Shown: positions 8,330 through 18,580 of the stretch, piece by piece
How the letters are laid out: every line of letters begins with the position of its first letter
How positions within the stretch are numbered: position 1 is the stretch's first letter
From: Nitrospirota bacterium
GTDB lineage: Bacteria; Nitrospirota; Thermodesulfovibrionia; Thermodesulfovibrionales; UBA6898
Direction of reading: 5' to 3'
Assembly (NCBI GenBank): GCA_004321925.1
Contig: SCQH01000017.1
Span: forward strand, 32,276 to 96,275
Length of the DNA: 64,000 nucleotides
Notes under the pieces: generated by a model
Told to the model about the DNA's origin: nothing
Databases searched by the model: none
The model's input: the letters and a program-made list of their open reading frames with translations, nothing else
Translations under genes and position numbers: made by a program

Positions 8330-9151
8330 TCAGACCTTTTTATCAAGCAATGCGGCGAGCCGCTCCAGGTGTTTCAGTTCCTCTTCTGCCAGGAGCAGGA
8401 ATACTTTCTTTGCATCACCTTCCAGTTTCCGTTCCATCCTGATATACGCGTCATAGGCATTTGCCTCAAGAGAGAGGCTGAACTCGAGGATGTCGGTAAG
8501 GTCTTTTCCCCGTGCCCAGAGCAGGGCTTCGTCCACCTTTATTCCGCCTTCCATGATGTCATCGCGGCCGGAGTGGAGGTCCGCTTCGACTGATCTGCCC
8601 CCGGAAAAACTTTTATAGAGTTCGGCAACGGTCTGTTCATGGCTCACCTCCGCCTTGGCAAGCTCCAGAAAAAGCCTCTTTGCGTCATCGTCGCGGAGAA
8701 ACTCATCCAGCCGGACATAAAACAGACGGGAACCGTCCTCAAGCAGCCAGGCCAGATGAGCCAGCTCCTGCGGCGTCACTGCATCATCAAAGTAGGCTGT
8801 CCCTGCCTCGGGTGACCCGTGGGCGACCAGACCTTCCCAGGCAGATATCCCTCCCTGCATGGTATAAGCCTTCTCAAATCCGGAGGTGGTCAGAAGCGCC
8901 GCAGCCGCACGGCTGCGCATGCCCGATCCTCAGTAGGTTATCGTTGGTTTGCTGCGGTCGATCTTGTTGAGATTCCGGGCAAGGTCGGACATAGGTATCA
9001 GCTCTGCTCCCGCAAGATGGCCCCGCTCATATTCCTTTGGCTGGCGCACATCGACCAGGTTATAATCCTCAGGAGATTTTCCCTTCATGAACTTCCTGGC
9101 CTCTTCGGCTGTCATCGAAAGAACTGGTTTGAAATAATCACTCAGTCCCAT
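8330..9151 (-). CDS. Rhodanese-domain / rubrerythrin-like (ferritin-like di-iron) fusion protein; predicted selenoprotein with an in-frame UGA at 8930..8932
   Basis: ORFs 8930..9151 and 8330..8920 are in the same frame, separated only by TGA-GGA-TCG-GGC. The joined sequence reads '...RSKPTITY-U-GSGMRSRAAAALL', so UGA occupies the Cys of the rhodanese C-x4-R-(S/T) loop. The C-terminal half has two ExxH motifs ('AEVSHE', 'EELKHLE') plus helices carrying single Glu residues. Confidence 0.6.
8901..8916 (-). promoter_or_regulatory. Candidate SECIS stem-loop downstream of the in-frame UGA
   Basis: Minus-strand RNA reads UGA-GGAUCGGGCAUGC-GCAGCC-GUGC-GGCUGC. This is a 6-bp perfect stem (extendable by C-G) with a GUGC loop, starting 13 nt after the UGA. 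Confidence 0.45.
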
Positions 9152-9172
9152 GCAGCTGCCTCCCCGGCCATC

Positions 9173-9625
9173 CTAATTGCCTGGGACCAGGACCAGGTCG
9201 AATACTGCTTTTTGTGAGCCCTGCAGGGGGTAATGCTGGGTGACCAGTGTTTGATGGCCCGGGGCCGAGACCCTGATATGAATATGCGGAGGTCTGCCGG
9301 CATAGGGCGGTGGAAAATGACTCCCGAAACTGTATGAACCGGACTTGTCGGATAAGAGCGTTGAGCGGTATCTGTCCAGATACTCCCCGTCCGGCCCGGC
9401 CATCCAGAATTCTATCTTTGCCCCTTCGATCGGGTTGCAGTCCTTTGCAGACCTGACGGAGCCTTGAAGCAGATAACCCTTCCCGACGCTGCTGCGGACA
9501 GGGGCATCCGGTTTGTAGAAGGGGCCGAGGATGTCGGCAGGCGTAGGGCTGCAGGTTGCAGCATACGCGGGCAAGGCCGTTGTCATACAGAGTAATATCA
9601 GCGCGGTATTCACAATCTTCCTCAT
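9173..9625 (-). CDS. Secreted intradiol ring-cleavage dioxygenase-like protein
   Basis: Start moved to the internal ATG giving signal peptide 'MRKIVNTALILLCMTTALPAYA'. Motifs 'ILGPFY' and 'GRPPHIHIRV' are typical of the intradiol dioxygenase fold. Confidence 0.7.
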   Translation of the reverse strand: MRKIVNTALILLCMTTALPAYAATCSPTPADILGPFYKPDAPVRSSVGKGYLLQGSVRSAKDCNPIEGAKIEFWMAGPDGEYLDRYRSTLLSDKSGSYSFGSHFPPPYAGRPPHIHIRVSAPGHQTLVTQHYPLQGSQKAVFDLVLVPGN

Positions 9626-9711
9626 ACTCACAATGATATCCCAAAACAGGCCGTTAATCCATACTGAAAAGCAGCAGGGGCTCAAAAAAATGACCGTACA
9701 GAGCTTGCCTG

Positions 9712-9936
9712 CTACTTCCCATCCATTGGAGCGAACGTTATCTCCTCCCTCCTGAGGACCGGCATGGTGAGCGCCCGGAGGAAATACTCTACATCGTCCT
9801 TCAATTCCTCAAGAGTCTGACCTGACGGCCCCATCGGCTCTTCGGAGATGGCTGTTATGGCATCCTTGTCGTTGTAATGGACCTCGTGGATCGTGAATGT
9901 CCCGCCGGATTCAATGACCCGATAATCCCAGCTCAT
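9712..9936 (-). CDS. Small hypothetical protein (74 aa)
   Basis: ATG at 9934..9936 is preceded by GAGGAGG plus a 6-nt spacer. The listed TTG start lies inside that RBS. The protein begins 'MSWDYRVIESGGTFTIHEVHY'. Confidence 0.5.
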   Translation of the reverse strand: MSWDYRVIESGGTFTIHEVHYNDKDAITAISEEPMGPSGQTLEELKDDVEYFLRALTMPVLRREEITFAPMDGK

Positions 9937-10072
9937 TTTTTTCCTCCTCTTCAAATCTTTTTTGAATTTCAGTATACTGATATTATGCTTTATCCCGTGG
10001 CAGCATTTCTCAGGAGAGTATCGGTGTCTGTATTATATCTGCGTATAAACCGTCAGTAATCAGGAGGCCACC

Positions 10073-11296
10073 ATGATCGCACAAATAGTCCTGCTTGCCG
10101 TTCTGCTGATCGTCCCGTCACTGTCGTATGGAGAAAAAGCAGCCTCCATCGACGAGCTTGTAAAGCGTTATGATTCCACAAGCTGTAAGCAATGCCATGC
10201 AGAGATCCATACCCAATGGGAGAGGTCGCATCATCATAAGACCCTTATCGGCACAAAAGGCAGGACCGCCTCGACCTGGGCAGCCTATCTGACGCTGGCG
10301 CTTCCGGAAGACAAGGTATTGAAGAAATCAGGGGTAAAGGATATAAAAGATGTGCAGTTCCGCCATATGAAACCCTGCACTGTCTGTCATCTGCCCCAGC
10401 TGGAGGATGCCACGGATGAGGTGGCAAATGAGGTGGCAAAGGCGATCGTCAATAATGATACCAAAATCCTTGAGAAGCTGAGCATCAATTGCATCATCTG
10501 TCATAACAAAAGGGCCATTGTCCGGCACTTCAGGGACGGCGACCCTGAAAAAGGGGTGATCTACGGGCCCCGGGGAATCGGCGCTCATGGTGACAAGGGT
10601 TTCCCGACCGCAAAGAAAAGCAATATCATGACCGACCCTGCCTTCTGCGGACAGTGCCATTCAGGGCCGAACCTGATAGGGTTTGATGAGCCGATGTACT
10701 GTGTATCCAACTTCGACAGCTATCTCCACGGGTATGTCCCGCTGGGGAAGACCGAAACCTGTCAGGACTGCCATATGAGGGGAGAGAACCTCGGCCATTC
10801 GTTCCCGCCTGTTTACGACGATGAGAAACTTACCGTGGAGAGGCTGAAAAAATGGATAGACCTGGAGGTTTCCACCCTCGGCTATGAATTCAGGCCGACA
10901 GTGCAGAGCCTGGTCCCTGGGGTCGTCATAAAGACAAAGGTGACAAGCCGCATCGGTCACCGGTATCCTGACGGCTGCCCGTCGCCAAACAGGGTCACCC
11001 TCGACGTGCTGGTCAGGGATGCGGGGGGCAAAGAGCTTTTTAAGGACCAGAAGATATATATGCCCCAATCGGGCAATGGCTACAGCCAGGCAATGGTCTA
11101 TGGCGCTTTTGCTAAGCTCGGTCTGCTGCGCGATACGAGTCTCCAGCCCTTTATGCCGGCCCAGGAGACCTTTGAGATCAAACTTCCGGAAGAGGTGAGA
11201 AAGGTAGTGGCAGAGGTAAAGCTTGTCTTTCGGCATCTGCCGGGAGATGAGGTCGTTATCCATAAAGTGACCAGAGAGGTAAGCCTGGACCGGTAG
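10073..11296 (+). CDS. Periplasmic multiheme (five CxxCH) c-type cytochrome
   Basis: Signal peptide 'MIAQIVLLAVLLIVPSLSYG'. Heme-binding motifs: CKQCH, CTVCH, CIICH, CGQCH, CQDCH. Confidence 0.85.
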   Translation: MIAQIVLLAVLLIVPSLSYGEKAASIDELVKRYDSTSCKQCHAEIHTQWERSHHHKTLIGTKGRTASTWAAYLTLALPEDKVLKKSGVKDIKDVQFRHMKPCTVCHLPQLEDATDEVANEVAKAIVNNDTKILEKLSINCIICHNKRAIVRHFRDGDPEKGVIYGPRGIGAHGDKGFPTAKKSNIMTDPAFCGQCHSGPNLIGFDEPMYCVSNFDSYLHGYVPLGKTETCQDCHMRGENLGHSFPPVYDDEKLTVERLKKWIDLEVSTLGYEFRPTVQSLVPGVVIKTKVTSRIGHRYPDGCPSPNRVTLDVLVRDAGGKELFKDQKIYMPQSGNGYSQAMVYGAFAKLGLLRDTSLQPFMPAQETFEIKLPEEVRKVVAEVKLVFRHLPGDEVVIHKVTREVSLDR

Positions 11297-11336
11297 CAGA
11301 AGAAGGGACTACGGACCCTCAGGATGTCTTATCAGT

Positions 11337-11368
11337 AAAAAAACATAGGCAGCAGACGGTCTGCTGCC
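11337..11368 (-). terminator. Rho-independent terminator downstream of fba
   Basis: Minus strand GGCAGCAGAC-C-GTCTGCTGCC (near-perfect palindrome), followed by TATG and TTTTTTT. Confidence 0.55.
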
Positions 11369-11382
11369 CATGCTGTGGCTGA

Positions 11383-12381
11383 CTATGCCTGGTTGGCAGA
11401 CCCGAGCACTGTCTGGTTCTTATGGATGATCATCTTGGTCAGTTCATCCCGTGCAGGGCCAAGGTATTTTCTCGGGTCAAACTCGGCAGGCTTTTCAGCG
11501 AAGACCTTCCGGACGAGGGCAGTCATGGCAAGCCGGCCGTCGCTGTCGATGTTGATCTTGCAGACCGCACTCCGTGCCGCCCTCCTGAGCTGCTCTTCAG
11601 GGATGCCGACCGCGTCCTTGAGAGCCCCGCCATGCTTATTGATCATATCGACATATTCCGGCACGACCGATGAGGCCCCATGCAGGACGATCGGGAAGCC
11701 GGGGATGCGCCGTTCGATCTCCTCGAGGATGTCGAAACGCAGCGGCGGCGGAACCAGGACGCCCTGGTCGTTGCGCGTGCACTGGGAAGGCTTGAACTTC
11801 ATTGCGCCGTGGGAGGTCCCGATCGAGATCGCCAGGGAGTCCACGCTCGTTTTTTTGACGAAGTCCTCCACCTCTTCAGGCCGGGTATAGGTTGAATGTT
11901 CGGCAGAGACCTCGTCCTCGATGCCGGCGAGGACCCCGAGTTCCCCCTCAACGGTAACGTCATAATCGCGCGCGTATTCGACGACCTGCCGGGTGAGCTT
12001 CACGTTTTCGTCATAGGGATGGTGTGAGCCGTCGATCATGACCGAGGAGAAGCCCGAGTCGATGCAGGACTTGCAGAGTTCGAAGGTATCGCCGTGGTCA
12101 AGGTGAAGGGCAAATTTGACAGGGGAGCCGGCATCCTTTATCATTGCGACCGCGCCCATGGCGAGAAATCGCAGCAGGGTCTGATTGGCATACTTCCGTG
12201 CGCCGCTCGATACCTGCAGGATGAAGGGGGATCTTGATTCCACGCATCCCATGACAATGGCCTGGAGCTGCTCCATATTATTGAAGTTGTACGCCGGGAT
12301 CGCGTATTTGCCCGCCATGGCCTTTTTGAACATCTCACGTGTGTTGACGAGACCTATGTCCTTGTACGAAACCTTGTCCAT
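11383..12381 (-). CDS. fba: Class II fructose-bisphosphate aldolase
   Basis: 'AIPAYNFNNMEQLQAI', 'KFALHLDHGD', 'SVMIDGSH', 'VEGELG', 'LAISIGTSHG', 'VLHGASS'. Confidence 0.9.
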   Translation of the reverse strand: MDKVSYKDIGLVNTREMFKKAMAGKYAIPAYNFNNMEQLQAIVMGCVESRSPFILQVSSGARKYANQTLLRFLAMGAVAMIKDAGSPVKFALHLDHGDTFELCKSCIDSGFSSVMIDGSHHPYDENVKLTRQVVEYARDYDVTVEGELGVLAGIEDEVSAEHSTYTRPEEVEDFVKKTSVDSLAISIGTSHGAMKFKPSQCTRNDQGVLVPPPLRFDILEEIERRIPGFPIVLHGASSVVPEYVDMINKHGGALKDAVGIPEEQLRRAARSAVCKINIDSDGRLAMTALVRKVFAEKPAEFDPRKYLGPARDELTKMIIHKNQTVLGSANQA

Positions 12382-12522
12382 CTCAGTCCTCCGGGAATTT
12401 GGGATTTAGTAACTTCAGTATTACATGCTATCATCTTGACCGCCCGGACTGCAAGAGCAGAATTTGGCAGTGCATAATACGCTGCTGCAGATGTTTCCGC
12501 CGCTGTCACGTATAATAAGGGT

Positions 12523-13338
12523 ATGTGCGAGTTTTGTACGAAACACGGTGACGGCAAGATCTGGTATAAGAATGCCTCCAACTATTCGCAGGACCTGCTG
12601 TCCGATCTGAACAGGCGGCGCTATATCGGCAGCTTTTTCGAGGAGACCATCCAAAACGGGTTTGAGACGCTCGGCAGGCTTGAGACCATCGTCCGCAAAA
12701 AGGGCCGCCTGCCCGAGCAGGTGAAAAGAGCCATGGCAGAGCGGGCGAAGGCCGAACACTTCGGCCAGGTACTCCCGCTTGAAGAGATCCGTGACCTGGT
12801 GATGAGGTCCGCCACGATCGTCCGCATGCCCTGTGCCTGCCGGTGGGCCGCTGACAAAAAAGAACTGCGCTGCTGTTATGGCATCAGTTTCGGCCCTGAT
12901 CCCTGGTACAAGGGCTGTGATATGAGTTATTTCGGCACGTCCCCGGATGCCGGCCTCGAGGCGCTTTCGCGCGAGGAGGCTGTCGGGCAGATGGAGGAGC
13001 TCGAGGCCTATGGCGCAATCCATACGATATGGACCCTGATGACGCCTTTTATCGGCTCGATCTGCAACTGCTCTCTCCGGGATTGTCTTGCCATGAGAAC
13101 GCTGACCGGGATAGGGGTTGAGACCATGGCGCGGGCTGAATATGTTGCACAGCTGGACGAGGGCCGCTGCTCCGGCTGCGGACTCTGCACTGAACGCTGT
13201 CAGTTCAGTGCCATTGACTCTGTCGTGAAAGGCGGCCGGGATATTCCGGTCATCGACCCTGCCCGGTGTTTTGGCTGCGGTCTCTGCCGGCAGACCTGCC
13301 CTGTAGAAGCGCTTGCCCTGGTCCCGAGACATTCTTAG
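12523..13338 (+). CDS. 4Fe-4S dicluster domain protein with a Cys-rich N-terminus
   Basis: 'CSGCGLCTERCQFSAI' and 'CFGCGLCRQTCPVEAL' are ferredoxin motifs. The N-terminus is 'MCEFCTKHGDGKIWY'. This frame is preferred over the overlapping minus-strand ORF 12421..13356. Confidence 0.75.
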   Translation: MCEFCTKHGDGKIWYKNASNYSQDLLSDLNRRRYIGSFFEETIQNGFETLGRLETIVRKKGRLPEQVKRAMAERAKAEHFGQVLPLEEIRDLVMRSATIVRMPCACRWAADKKELRCCYGISFGPDPWYKGCDMSYFGTSPDAGLEALSREEAVGQMEELEAYGAIHTIWTLMTPFIGSICNCSLRDCLAMRTLTGIGVETMARAEYVAQLDEGRCSGCGLCTERCQFSAIDSVVKGGRDIPVIDPARCFGCGLCRQTCPVEALALVPRHS

Positions 13339-13494
13339 TGCCGTTCCCTGCCGCAAGCCCGCACCTTACTGATTAGGATTATTTATTTGTTGATAGATTT
13401 TCCTTATTAGTCTAAAATACAGCATCACGACGCGGTAATTGCCCGAAGAAAAAAAGGTCTCCTGAGATCCTGCATATAAAAAGGGCGAGGTAAT

Positions 13495-16428
13495 ATGAGG
13501 CGCTATACACGGAACGTTCTGACATGGGTGAAGCTTATGTCACCTGTCCTTATCGCTATTCCCTTTTTCTTTGGCCTTGCACTTCTCGCCTTCCTCGGCA
13601 TTACGCAGCAGAAAAATATCGTTGCTGAGATCTTCCTCCAGAGGTCCACCGGGTACGAAAACAGTTCAAAGATCATGGGCGATATCACCGGCGTCCACCG
13701 AAGCATCCTTACAGCCCTTCGCAAGGATGCCGGAGCGCGGCCGGGACAGGAAGGGTCCGGCAGGGTAGCTGCCATTATTGATTTCATTCAGGGGATACTG
13801 TCCGGCACCGCTCTCCATGATAATGAGCGCCGGGGATATATGGTGCTCCTCGAAGAGATAAAAGAGTATAAAAAGCTGGCCGAAGCCGCGGAGGAGACTG
13901 CACGGAGTGAGGCGGTTGCTGCAGGGCTGAACGAGAGGTACCTGTCGGTGCTTACCCGGCTGCGGGCCCTCCAGAGCACCGAATATATGCTGACCAGGGA
14001 GAGCTACGAACTCTCGATGACGTCGTTTGCTGCAGCCCGCTGGACCCTTGTTCTGCTCGTTCTTGTCTCGGTTATCTTCTCTCTCTGGTTCACCCGCCTG
14101 ATGATGAACAGGAGAATAATCGGGCCGATCAGGCTGATCGAGCAGGCTGCCAGGAAGGTTACAGAGGGTGACCTCTCTTTTGATGTCGGCGCCGGGGGCA
14201 CCGATGATATAAAGGAGATGGGGGCGCTCCTGAATGAGGCCTTCGCGACCCTCGAAGGTGTCCTGCAGAGGATCAAGGAGTTATCAGACAGGATCCTGCT
14301 GGTGGTCGAGCAGGTCGAGGCAGAGTCTGCAAAGGTTCTCAGCGGCGCCGAGGCAGAGGCAGAGGCGACCAGCAGCATATCGAGTTCCGTCAATGAGCTC
14401 AATGCAACGGCAGCCGAGATCGCCGACAGTACGGAGGGGTTGACGGCCTCGGCCGGGGAGGCCTCAGCCTCGATCGAGCAGATGGTCTCGAGCATAAAGA
14501 GCATCAATGAAAGCCTGCAGGACCTCAACGGTCACGTGGAATCGACGTCCGCCTCAATAGAGCAACTCTCACAATCGATACAGGAGGTTGCCTCACATTC
14601 CGAGAACCTGGCAGGCACCTCCGTTGAAACGCTCAATACCATCTCCGAGATCGCAACGACGATCAGGGATGTTGAGGTGAAGGCGAGGGATTCTGCGCGG
14701 CTCTCGGCAGAGGTGACGAACGATGCCTCGACCCTTGGCATGGTCTCGATCCATAAGACTATCGAAGGCATCAGGAATATAGCCTCATCAGTCCGGGAGA
14801 CCTCTGAATGTATCCGTATCCTCGGCAACAGGTCAAAGGAGATCGAGGGCATCCTGAACGTTATCGAGTCGGTCAATGACGAGACGAACCTCCTCTCCCT
14901 CAATGCCGCGATCCTGGCTGCAGAGGCGGGCGAGCATGGCAAGGGGTTCGCTGTCGTGGCCGAAGAGATCAAAAATCTCTCGGACAGGACCGAGACCTCC
15001 ACCAAAGAGATAGAGGCGCTGATTAAGGCAGTCCAGCAGGAGATCGAAAATGCGGAGGAGAAGATGCATAAAGGCATCAACTCGGTGGCGGACGGACTGA
15101 GGCTGGCCCGTGAGGGAGAAAACGCCCTGAAGAAGATCCTGAGCAGTTCGCAAAAGGCCTCCGAGATGACCCTGTCGATAAAGCGGACCACTGAGGCGCA
15201 GGCGCTTTCAGCCCGCTTCGTAGAGCAGGCAACCCAGAGCATCAGGACCATGATCGAGAGCATAGCAAAAGAGACGGCGGAGCAGTCAAAGGGTGTCGTC
15301 CTGATCACTGACGCGGCTGACATGATGAAGAAACTGACACAGCAGGTCAGCAAGGCGACAGGGGAACAGGCCAGGAGCAGCGGGTTGATAGCCCAGATCA
15401 CGGAATTTGTCTCTGAAAAGAGCAAGCAGATATCCAAATCCCTGCTGGAACATAAGAAAGGCTCACAAAACATACTCAGCAGTGTCGAGGCGGTAAAGGA
15501 CATCCCTGAAGAGAACAAGAAGCTTGCCTTCAGGATCAGCAAGACCCTCTGGAACCTCCAGAAGGACGCCGAACTCCTGAAGGCCGAGATGGAGCGGTTC
15601 AAATTCTCGGCAAAAAAAGGGCAGTCGCTGCGGCTCGGCGTTGTCCCGCTCAAGGAACCGTCGGTCATGTTCAGGAAGTTCATGCCTTTTGCCGTTTATC
15701 TCACCGAAAGACTAGGCAGGAAGGTGGACCTCAAGGTCGCGATCGATATGGAGAGCGCGGTGAAGGATATCGGCCAGGATGAGACACAGATATGCGCCAT
15801 GGGCCCTGCAAACTATATCGAGGCCAATATGAAATACGGGGTGACCGTGATAGCCAAGGCACTGAGGAAAGGCAGGCCGTTCCATCATGCTGCTGTCGTG
15901 GTCAGGGAAAAATCGGACATGCTGGCGCTGAGGGACCTGAAAGGAAAGAGGCTGGCGCTGGGCAGCTCCGGTTCCTCGACCGGCCATATCATGCCGCTTG
16001 CGACGTTGAAGGATGCAGGCATATCAGTCCGTGATCTTCAGTATTTCGACTTTCTCGGGCATCATGAAAAAATAGCGCGGGCCGTGCTTGAGGGCGATTT
16101 TGATGCCGGGGTGCTCATCGATGAAGTGGCAGAGTCCTATATCCCCAAGGGCCTGAGGGTCCTGGCCCTTTCTATAGACATACCGGAATTCAATATCTGC
16201 TGTAACCCCTCGGTGGACAGGCAGACCAGAAAGACGATCCTGGAAGCGCTTACCGCCCTGAACATCTCAAGCCCCGCTGAGGCAGAGATACTTAAATCCC
16301 TCGGCAAGGACTGCACCGGCTTTGTGCCGGCCTATGACGAGGAATATGCGGTCTTTAAGGAAAAGACCCTCGCCATAGAGGCGGAGATCAGTACGGCACA
16401 GAGCCGCAGTCCCCAAAAGCGGTCCTGA
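13495..16428 (+). CDS. MCP-like transducer: 2 TM + HAMP + methyl-accepting signalling domain + C-terminal PhnD-type solute-binding domain
   Basis: TM segments '[21 protein letters not shown]' and '[17 protein letters not shown]'. HAMP '[22 protein letters not shown]'. Hairpin tip '[37 protein letters not shown]'. From ~15628, '[38 protein letters not shown]...GPANYIEA...GSSTGHIMP' is PhnD-like. Confidence 0.85.
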   Translation: MRRYTRNVLTWVKLMSPVLIAIPFFFGLALLAFLGITQQKNIVAEIFLQRSTGYENSSKIMGDITGVHRSILTALRKDAGARPGQEGSGRVAAIIDFIQGILSGTALHDNERRGYMVLLEEIKEYKKLAEAAEETARSEAVAAGLNERYLSVLTRLRALQSTEYMLTRESYELSMTSFAAARWTLVLLVLVSVIFSLWFTRLMMNRRIIGPIRLIEQAARKVTEGDLSFDVGAGGTDDIKEMGALLNEAFATLEGVLQRIKELSDRILLVVEQVEAESAKVLSGAEAEAEATSSISSSVNELNATAAEIADSTEGLTASAGEASASIEQMVSSIKSINESLQDLNGHVESTSASIEQLSQSIQEVASHSENLAGTSVETLNTISEIATTIRDVEVKARDSARLSAEVTNDASTLGMVSIHKTIEGIRNIASSVRETSECIRILGNRSKEIEGILNVIESVNDETNLLSLNAAILAAEAGEHGKGFAVVAEEIKNLSDRTETSTKEIEALIKAVQQEIENAEEKMHKGINSVADGLRLAREGENALKKILSSSQKASEMTLSIKRTTEAQALSARFVEQATQSIRTMIESIAKETAEQSKGVVLITDAADMMKKLTQQVSKATGEQARSSGLIAQITEFVSEKSKQISKSLLEHKKGSQNILSSVEAVKDIPEENKKLAFRISKTLWNLQKDAELLKAEMERFKFSAKKGQSLRLGVVPLKEPSVMFRKFMPFAVYLTERLGRKVDLKVAIDMESAVKDIGQDETQICAMGPANYIEANMKYGVTVIAKALRKGRPFHHAAVVVREKSDMLALRDLKGKRLALGSSGSSTGHIMPLATLKDAGISVRDLQYFDFLGHHEKIARAVLEGDFDAGVLIDEVAESYIPKGLRVLALSIDIPEFNICCNPSVDRQTRKTILEALTALNISSPAEAEILKSLGKDCTGFVPAYDEEYAVFKEKTLAIEAEISTAQSRSPQKRS

Positions 16429-16540
16429 GGAGGACCGGGGGAACTTCACTGCCCCGGGACCTGGCCCGGTATTGTTTTTTTCAGGCAGCCGCCTTTATAG
16501 TAATTACGTTCAAAATCTAATCATATCCCAGGGGGTAGTT

Positions 16541-17749
16541 GTGGCAGTTCATGTGAAGAATCCGATAGTAGAGCTCGATGGAGATGAGATGACCAGGATC
16601 ATCTGGCATTCGATCAGGGAAAAACTGATCAAGCCGTTCCTGGACCTGGAATTAAAATATTTTGACCTTGGCATGAAGCACCGGGACGATACAGACGACC
16701 GGGTGACGGTCGAGGCGGCAGAGGCGATCAAGGAGTTCGGCGTCGGGGTGAAGTGTGCGACGATCACCCCCAACGCAGCCAGGGTTAAAGAATATGATCT
16801 CAAGCAGCAGTGGAAGAGCCCCAACGGGACGATCCGCTCCATCCTCGACGGGACGGTCTTCAGAAAACCGATCATTATAAAGAACATCCCCCCGGCAGTG
16901 GCAACATGGAAGAAGCCGATCATCATCGGCCGTCATGCCTATGGCGATATTTATAAGAACAGCGAACTGGTCGTTGATTCGGCCGGGACAGCCGAGATCG
17001 TCTTCACCCCCGCCTCCGGGGGTGAAAAGAAGGTGGTCAGGATCCATGACTTCAAGGGCCCCGGTGTTGTCATGGGGATGCATAACACCGAGAATTCCAT
17101 CAGGAGCTTTGCGCAGGCCTGCATCAACTATGCGGTGAGTGAGAAGATCGATATCTGGTTCGGCGCGAAGGACACGATATCGAAGCAGTATCACGGCTTC
17201 TTCCGGGACATCTTTGCCGGGGAGATCAAAAAGGCAGAAGGCCAGTTGCAGGAGGCAGGTATCCAGTACCGCTTTATGCTGATAGACGATGCGGTCGCCC
17301 AGGTGATGAAATCGTCCGGCGGCATGCTCTGGGCCTGTATGAACTATGATGGTGACGTGATGTCCGATATGGTCGCCTCAGGCTTCGGCAGCCTCGGACT
17401 GATGACCTCGGTGCTTGTCTCACCGGACGGGAAATTCGAGTATGAGGCTGCCCACGGGACGGTCATGAGGCATTACTATGAACACCTCAAGGGCAACCCT
17501 ACCTCGACAAATTCAGTTGCCTCGATCTTTGCCTGGACCGGGGCGATCGCAAAGCGCGGGGAGCTCGACCATACCCCCGAGGTCGTCAGCTTCGCACAGA
17601 CCCTCGAAAGAACGGTCATCGAAACGGTCGAAAGCGGTATTATGACCAAGGACCTGATGCTGATCGCCGCTCCGAAGGTTGACCGGTATGCCCTGACAGA
17701 AGAGTTCATCGATGTCGTCGCCGGACGGCTGGCAAAGGCGGTTGCGTAA
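16541..17749 (+). CDS. icd: NADP-dependent isocitrate dehydrogenase (monomer of the eukaryote-like dimeric type)
   Basis: '[17 protein letters not shown]', 'GVKCATITP', '[14 protein letters not shown]', 'IIGRHAYGD', '[12 protein letters not shown]'. The start is set to the in-frame GTG at 16541, behind GGGGG; the upstream extension is not IDH-like. Confidence 0.9.
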   Translation: MAVHVKNPIVELDGDEMTRIIWHSIREKLIKPFLDLELKYFDLGMKHRDDTDDRVTVEAAEAIKEFGVGVKCATITPNAARVKEYDLKQQWKSPNGTIRSILDGTVFRKPIIIKNIPPAVATWKKPIIIGRHAYGDIYKNSELVVDSAGTAEIVFTPASGGEKKVVRIHDFKGPGVVMGMHNTENSIRSFAQACINYAVSEKIDIWFGAKDTISKQYHGFFRDIFAGEIKKAEGQLQEAGIQYRFMLIDDAVAQVMKSSGGMLWACMNYDGDVMSDMVASGFGSLGLMTSVLVSPDGKFEYEAAHGTVMRHYYEHLKGNPTSTNSVASIFAWTGAIAKRGELDHTPEVVSFAQTLERTVIETVESGIMTKDLMLIAAPKVDRYALTEEFIDVVAGRLAKAVA

Positions 17750-17752
17750 GGG

Positions 17753-18328
17753 CTATTCCTTTTTACCCCTGATCCACCAGTCGCTCTTGTCCGAAAACCA
17801 CCAGAGGGACGAGTCGGTCTCGAGGACCGTTGCCGCCAGCTCCCGCGCAACATCGGTCTTAAGCCTCTTGAGGGCGAATTCAAGCCACTCGTCGGCATAG
17901 GCGTTGCCGAGGTCCTTGCATTCTTTCAGCGCCAGGATCATCTCGAGCTGGTCAGCGTCATAGGCCAGTTGTGCCTCTATGGTCCTGCCCTCGAGGAATT
18001 CAAAGAGCGTGGCCCTGATGTCCTCACCGAAAGGCAGGGTGTCGGCCAGGTCATTGATCGCCTTCTTCTCATCCGCCTTGACATACTTTTTGTTGACGTA
18101 GTTCAGGTCGCCGGTCCGGGCCTCCGGGAGATCATGGAACAGGCACATCCTCAGAAGCTTGTCCGAATCCACATCCTTGACGAGATGCCCGAGGGTATAC
18201 CCGATGCAGACGGTCCTGAAGATATGCTCTGCCACAGACTCCGCGCCTGAGCCAAGGAACTGGAATCCCGACCGGGGCGTGCGCTTGAGCATCCCCGCCT
18301 CGAAGAGAAAATTAGCTATTCTTTTCAT
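17753..18328 (-). CDS. HD-domain phosphohydrolase (YfbR-like 5'-nucleotidase family)
   Basis: 'FLFEAGMLKRTPRSGFQFLG...ESVAEHIFR' and 'LFHDLPEARTGDLNYV'. The start is taken at the internal 'MKRIANF'. Confidence 0.8.
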   Translation of the reverse strand: MKRIANFLFEAGMLKRTPRSGFQFLGSGAESVAEHIFRTVCIGYTLGHLVKDVDSDKLLRMCLFHDLPEARTGDLNYVNKKYVKADEKKAINDLADTLPFGEDIRATLFEFLEGRTIEAQLAYDADQLEMILALKECKDLGNAYADEWLEFALKRLKTDVARELAATVLETDSSLWWFSDKSDWWIRGKKE

Positions 18329-18504
18329 AGTGATCCTTTTGATATATGGCTGTATGCGGTCTGCCGAGTACCTGAGACTGCCCATTGATATGCCTACATG
18401 ATAACAGATATTCTCCCGAGTCTCAAAAAACTATTCCGGCGCCGGGAGGTCTTCAGTAAATGCGGCGTCCTCTTCCCCTGAGTCCATAACCCGGAATATG
18501 AAAT

Positions 18505-18540
18505 AAAAAAAGGCGGGAGCCTGTAACACAGGCACCCGCC
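18505..18540 (-). terminator. Rho-independent terminator of the 18581..18871 gene
   Basis: Minus strand GGCGGGTGCCTGT-GTT-ACAGGCTCCCGCC (13-bp stem, one mismatch) followed by TTTTTTT. Confidence 0.6.
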
Positions 18541-18580
18541 TCAATAAATCAATGCTCTGTCTCTACCCGGTCTTTTTGTA

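Noticed and set aside
9138-9644. 168-aa alternative minus frame over the dioxygenase-like gene
   Set aside because: The other frame (9173..9625) gives a signal peptide plus GPFY and PPHIHIR motifs. This frame is Pro/Gly/Arg-rich with no motif.
12421-13356. 311-aa minus-strand ORF overlapping 12523..13338
   Set aside because: The plus-strand product has two clean CxxCxxCxxxCP ferredoxin motifs. The minus-strand product has none and is Arg/Gly/Ala-rich.
14532-15683. 383-aa Ser/Ala-rich minus-strand ORF; similar ORFs lie at 21518..23714
   Set aside because: These mirror the Ala/Ser/Glu-rich coiled-coil signalling domains of the two MCP-like genes. The canonical MCP hairpin tip is on the plus strand.
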